64,000 nt of DNA from Caecitellus pseudoparvulus (lineage: Eukaryota; Protista; Bigyra: Bicosoecida): the NCBI GenBank assembly GCA_965644315.1, contig CBFFRQ010000080.1:62001-126000 (forward strand), written 5' to 3'. The position numbers and the translations under genes are program-made. Shown piece after piece: positions 63,901 to 64,000 of the stretch. The notes under the pieces were generated by a model. The model saw nothing but the letters and a program-made list of their open reading frames with translations. It did not search any database and was not told where the DNA came from. Positions within the stretch are counted from its first letter, which is position 1; the number at the start of each line of letters is the position of its first letter.

Positions 63901-64000
63901 GAAGTGCTGGTCCACCATCCCGAGTGGAGTGGCAAGCTCAGGTGCTGAAATCTCTCGATCTACTACTCCATGAGCCAACACTGCTTGCGGAGAGGACGGA
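48982..64000 (-). CDS. Giant (>5000 aa) protein with at least six cyclic-nucleotide-binding (cNMP)-like domains; 5' end outside the window
   Basis: 15-kb stop-free frame open to the window edge. Six L..(F)..L....L..L-x-(E/Q)G-x-F(I/V)(I/V)L.G motifs near 60900-61060, 58330-58480, 56895-57040, 55780-55920, 53255-53400 and 52835-52985. Confidence 0.85.
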   Translation of the reverse strand, partial: PSSPQAVLAHGVVDREISAPELATPLGMVDQHFDMGAIAVDGRGAPFPTSPGTADACIAAPPDERAAVLDSCPCDGSPVPSSGIGFVASTTSPSTEGKPSADHPPHAELNSAELRKTITRENEGLESFVSVLSNSLSSSVESVLGSPDTELLAALSLATGSPEELVRSTLALLTIFQCWVGTFGFFSSLNRLMLPIASRGAALGAVKQAQKGMAQEQAQAIIWAMDQLSLKEGGESAAADQSGQNAGAVRLADRGVALHFSGTATEREAPAKIDPNTPPSHESESSRSGSAIFSVPFVQEDAGRPWSAGQQDSGKPPLGATMQILLCVTQSPFSNQRLSISLSSQGSQRVEKDVLRAARKSAVVSPLDKLADMAHRLAEPETAGIDPSPSEQRSEVNAALRMRRLVTLVSRVLRSQVGEAQAGSALEWCRLMSSVYLPSLRQATAQGTYLGCESMPVRSNSGFSSAGGGDFRQECVWSGQPAADAVVQEWYAADTACAPLRWRSLFQFLQASEEDGQSGVDTEAEQPFECAPHVLLRRAPKAAEQPLARAVSGVTVVARESSEVAVIPWDDFLRVLRLAAQSRSESSLAAAARHLVCLQRVTTSAMLAGVQALADPARQPLAPLYRVPSDRSFDDVDHSSPGWVSALSSGALPFTTHELLTLSLSQLQRLAEVSAGAMARLLFCLQAEGCLPEAPPFMDPWIAHVPNLEDWQQRLANTGSTLPTSPSSTARKNPVPRTMSDRWSAPATTLFPLPPFVPLALPNMLALVELLSTWFDTLGIEAVMFNRPLPDMAPSVLSSAMDQNVSPQSTLRTLLSIADQHPRSQTSSTDEFEGTAHLGLHPGIASPQRRGLSSDQSTRFPTHAARAPSESPKRDLSATSADGAPAVRPRTLPLTASFSSLLHLSPSIAAAPASSSTVAQSAALALAGAVDSKSCGPPGVAVHGNARFMAPPPPEADFAAASAALRTHPLHRSAQQVALLVRLLRQVPELQDWPLAACVVLSCRLGYRMYPGQRVLQAQGAQQSPELFIVLSGRLIARAKQTEVAQDAKAARAVSESAALTRALLCPFKAGDSVSPEDLEHSMTVERVVGRQVALYKAGDVVGSAALLADAVTHPAPPAGSWVAHSVACTYSDTMHSVSTALRVGLDNALRGSSAGARLVAKAGLARPGDSTSVCQAAKQATEALRSASTNVADETVRASSASFSLKSPGSPMQRGSDGRSRAGDGFYRGEARSSGDPHAAESRPTDHRHVNSPKRNPKGGGKPSKRPPKSHSLSHSKAWLRAATLSDASASSIESDASLNPKAEPSQGLAALLSMWSRAAAHPSLLVWWETVGADEVGWLAQGSPVLATRAPVIQNALSAAATAAHSVNILSDEASKVTHRGLLAAAHRDLQAQRQSDVSVGANASQNLMTPSDRAASETSAVPVFDSCDMSMKAVALMRAAGEGGGAAALQVGKGGITHGKEALAQVSSVSLHRTMAANCRDSLRLVDTLGGWRGMSRLAGRMAGSRRSRFARASVQSQGLPQRFPVVRELGPHATGLVGDVHSEQRLPVGADSAAVCTEDATRLLLTARHFMLRLAAGVDGESGQISTCKDGSAPLSEHRKGAGEAKQEDAQAGRASMFQRLHHATAPALATSATGQYAGAVYVGAPSSPLIARHTSTLLSGGPMSEEVEVAVLGRGDVEIVRQALHAGMLPTDAEVTEQLLRTCPEVDLGTLLPGLASTTPKTSQSSPGTLSAASPTHKCCAGEAGDDGPTARQSQAKAPVVPRVRDELASEAQDREGAAMASALADAVTQSTLSQASEQPQFGPVSREAHAHLVANALVTQPCARSAEQAQQVLSLLLQLPALLPLPMHALKALAGAVQVEELEAEQVLVHEGEQCGFAHVVLAGALVAHSSSQVTKPALADAQTRIPDSSLGEERVPEPSPASPAPKERAGEGLPDREASSSSAGSQAHGAGTPAHATVGVSQASWTAWLRGWQGMRPLGVSLHGSALPLHSVSAALLRAASAGSGGAEDGLYGQDAACGSNPQHELEHPFLPPRGAIPPGGAALHCMLARPGASSGDVVSASLRRGLLPCPHPIVDFHGQSLVQAPARIRAAALWCAGPAQSMAAALHQAIHCTTAAVPEEGVTTPLQKERYLREELRRDEEAFTRAQQVHGGYLATLFPGDCLELALPGSGGLAGEPWAFRPAELSRLAAALGFSDARQVFSGQDLTVHASRAQEPRRPATADSLAPSDGHMTALSLMPTVPALKGRSHTILAQGMRSYVLKIPLVVLQREVIEPLLVPRLVPAPTASHMVLYKPPARRTRAEVDLLAMAMQRGVAFFRNLPWDAARALCSDLTLREIPDGQLAVREGDNADDFFIILSGAFTVHKTSISPLPSPEGGWVPGTPGEAAAPRQRAPRMWGDGSATNDADHLDYEAKWRVRSKDGVFVGRCIAVLAAGEHFGHQALNMLPPAPPSTHTPFSSGQVLIEELNSGRHSASALTPAAARSALRALGAGADAGGDAPTAWAKHDLTRAGSAPHASATSSGKDSHNHAGGAAGTESGDPGGRPAMQPPLPTTSCQPAASTAAPSPVDSHGLVTIIASLLVQPRQAPAGGHPTASPLIQAAGDGGAGKRNATVLSAATDGTVVGVVNRSVFKELANEATRPSARTPALNSPAFVARCIATLLLRSEARPSDEVMSLCRLLSAALPGFALLDVQRQHALARRCRHCHASPGAVLAQRGEMAQHVVLVLHGMLGVFMPARGSGGSKPVPRKRRRGQHRSRPPSAWSGGPEASASTGLSGAELAELLQPSMLYRAGDTVMDAAGLGICVSFLGPGRSVGEQVLQPELTSTATGLMNLSSTVALWDTHGLLIPRDDYLSVLRDTPPAMEDLQALPPLAHEFASSLHPRATETLAASAVLPSLRHAVKRMWWRAMQGKLVAPKALLRPGSNLTTFSTVHPWQGGAGNTPTGGSAGESQTGMPDSSLTGSLSDPRDRQQPRRQTKMALPLDRGRVQSPDRLTPDVSAQPIVASPGRSGTLDLSHAGERDDTPAAEVMDGAAVAFSVSRIHTAPELQQVPEVPEEHTPTSAASSKRHTSPDRASRAAEKRRHLEPLQVSSAYLPAARAEGGTGSGPFEPRHHEVDATALRGVLSPFKTRLPMGLSSPHPSGASPGLPQARDPGSDHMHMERRGGVTFAQGGAVVHLHAGEFEAESTRGSTPSDLGRVPSAGWSPTELVPEGESARSTPARSHGAVSDTRDSGVVLEGGLSQSGTFAGDRSEFWEGSSASSVGWEPVWQAMTAWCLQPLRQPSAQATVQQYIRALQSSMWSELTNDRMSALEMAMTGLQAKSEPGPMDATLPRPPSTVAPSIGEASSATATHGSSLCLTNPLQSVALLIPGQFAPGRSGSEWLGALQGSGSAVRLRQAEASMSETGSAKFGTRSTRHFLSPRLSPGVDVAPGSEQIRLPTEPHSTPPSRTNLAACGPLAPLHRPASSPALDTHIAHFDASRSGELSVAPNLLLASHAGDISVAAGLALWHSTRNAMMQDLVSHLPGFRDMNPQALYASAMQTRYHRVPAGAPLYMPGDPAARFFVVLEGAVELKAGKQTVSVAQAGESFGQHEVLLRCERHLAAFSLGAEEHMLGGRSRKDGSARRRREGVARLVSIPWDIYARYWPDYKFHRSTHRFIMSLPGLQGQSISEEHKALLCHLLTPVAVKRGTKLVQQGSTSPNLYVLQEGSASVRMRMPLPYPAVDAEGGIVMRRAYKVAQVKAALGSLTSKNRGRTALAQGRVDNASILAMLEGNRPPSLHVYMKERKPRQRRHAARSQWARLHTSSSEHDDLTTAAEREAELVAKQTRLARHARGAGGRGTLRPPAAHGFPEPEVSLPLFFPSTIKSSLPSATLPLQPQEAVHGSKSDWEDRVDADPRSTDHDDLQDVSSGTNGALQPPAGIFSQQPSASVRASAAPAHSATEPVTIQQRAVTPRERGGKPSSIKAFLRAATTLGWSAGAVHGPQEQASRVLASDAPRHYTVPAQQSLTASKSAPTLSRQQAKELSTRMHSGLSRAAKAPENQGTGRQGHANRGVHHIAPLATLLRGTGRNSVLRKLAEAADAEREAKANSQQRPTPSRLELKDEPSPLLSREAKQEEARLLLQASPLSSRAAGVGSAQGATLDLAPEAEGAATESLIAGDKALSSEGFRKWQAKRGLSASGNALPGRGIGGKRWWDGGDIRRNLAKVKAAEAGLASPSAPQSVSVAALFPGKDSKADKQAVLDLQRKAAAADATSQDKLLASIAAGGGMRAVRRWHKQAAKVANRHSGQLEAPISRGSLSVLDSSPGDAGAPQPGSGVRRRLGGHSAPAIAGVEVFASHAVSFGRTANVHGSQRLAQTAAAIDIQQRRSLGVSGRLARDILASRKAGQADGVDEPLQARHSGGQVNAQGAALHQFMHAAAATAARKQPVQGANPPHVSSSVNPSSIVPQAIVPTSPNVRQTLWKADAKAERAIAAADRHRVAAAVAALSLGQGVTSAGAGGVAAGSFDAVPAACVVPAGGGHRPEVGAATGGVGSTGGHESGIISGKSSLVANLPMELVFGLPPAVQSAGVMAGGTTEVRVGHDASEGGDGSGKEGSALIPRVLVNDELVDVDLASMGAASTCGGGELLLAAGLRLLASGTLRAPGAQLHAKQLHRAVLDPALPCAFTVTVTSETATVLVLPKAGAAALLPPALVRAVSHLLTSAGAWRLDRAEQLYEALGRGSRVPQPAHGTMSQPADSAASAFAGVLGGVDSIPPASPIRGATRFKEGSLRQQLHAEDYTEAAEWDARDEQPGEGGEGWGVAHHVASHWSGAGHHYTLLGAEGGSVDNIPTSQMSLSAVMGPYMGPPSPLGPSERSPAGSLTRLKPMSQAGVASTALSPGLAGPSAALQTSLQASSSAITSRGPGSAPGLGRGTGRALLGSFASPTQGKRPLPSAGRPTEMRTPHPMSAFKARQMTSPSLAFSHQLRMREQHLAETQPRAPTPQVSDPQ

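Overview
A GC-rich, very gene-dense eukaryotic window using the standard genetic code, with short GT-AG introns (about 67-128 nt, donor mostly GTGCGT). The organism is a flagellated protist. Histone H2A/H2B/H3 N-termini and motifs look stramenopile-like, but that assignment is inference. In order the window holds: the 3' end of an unknown gene; a ~3090-aa secreted receptor-like protein (CWG/RCC1-like repeats, IPT/TIG repeats, Cys-rich region, multi-TM block); riboflavin synthase with a C-terminal hydrophobic tail; a C2-WW-PDZ-WW protein; PRP40-like; RPL3; two tail-to-tail beta-tubulin genes flanking a ZUP1/ZUFSP-type deubiquitinase; two low-complexity unknown genes; a degenerate CAMK-like kinase; a bacterial-type DUF1349 gene; an ankyrin-repeat gene; an intronless H2B/H2A/H4/H3 histone quartet; a RanBP2-ZnF/Vps62-like gene; radial spoke head RSPH4/6; and a >5000-aa multi-cNMP-binding protein running off the window end. 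The strongest unexplained signal is a composite 3' UTR element in all four histone genes. It is a C-rich tract followed by a 6-bp-stem/4-nt-loop hairpin GGTGTT-(A/C)CTC-AACACC with a non-canonical loop. Three of the genes carry a second GCAGG..CCTGY hairpin upstream, and no shared purine-rich downstream element is visible. All exon boundaries were derived by eye; no database searches were run.
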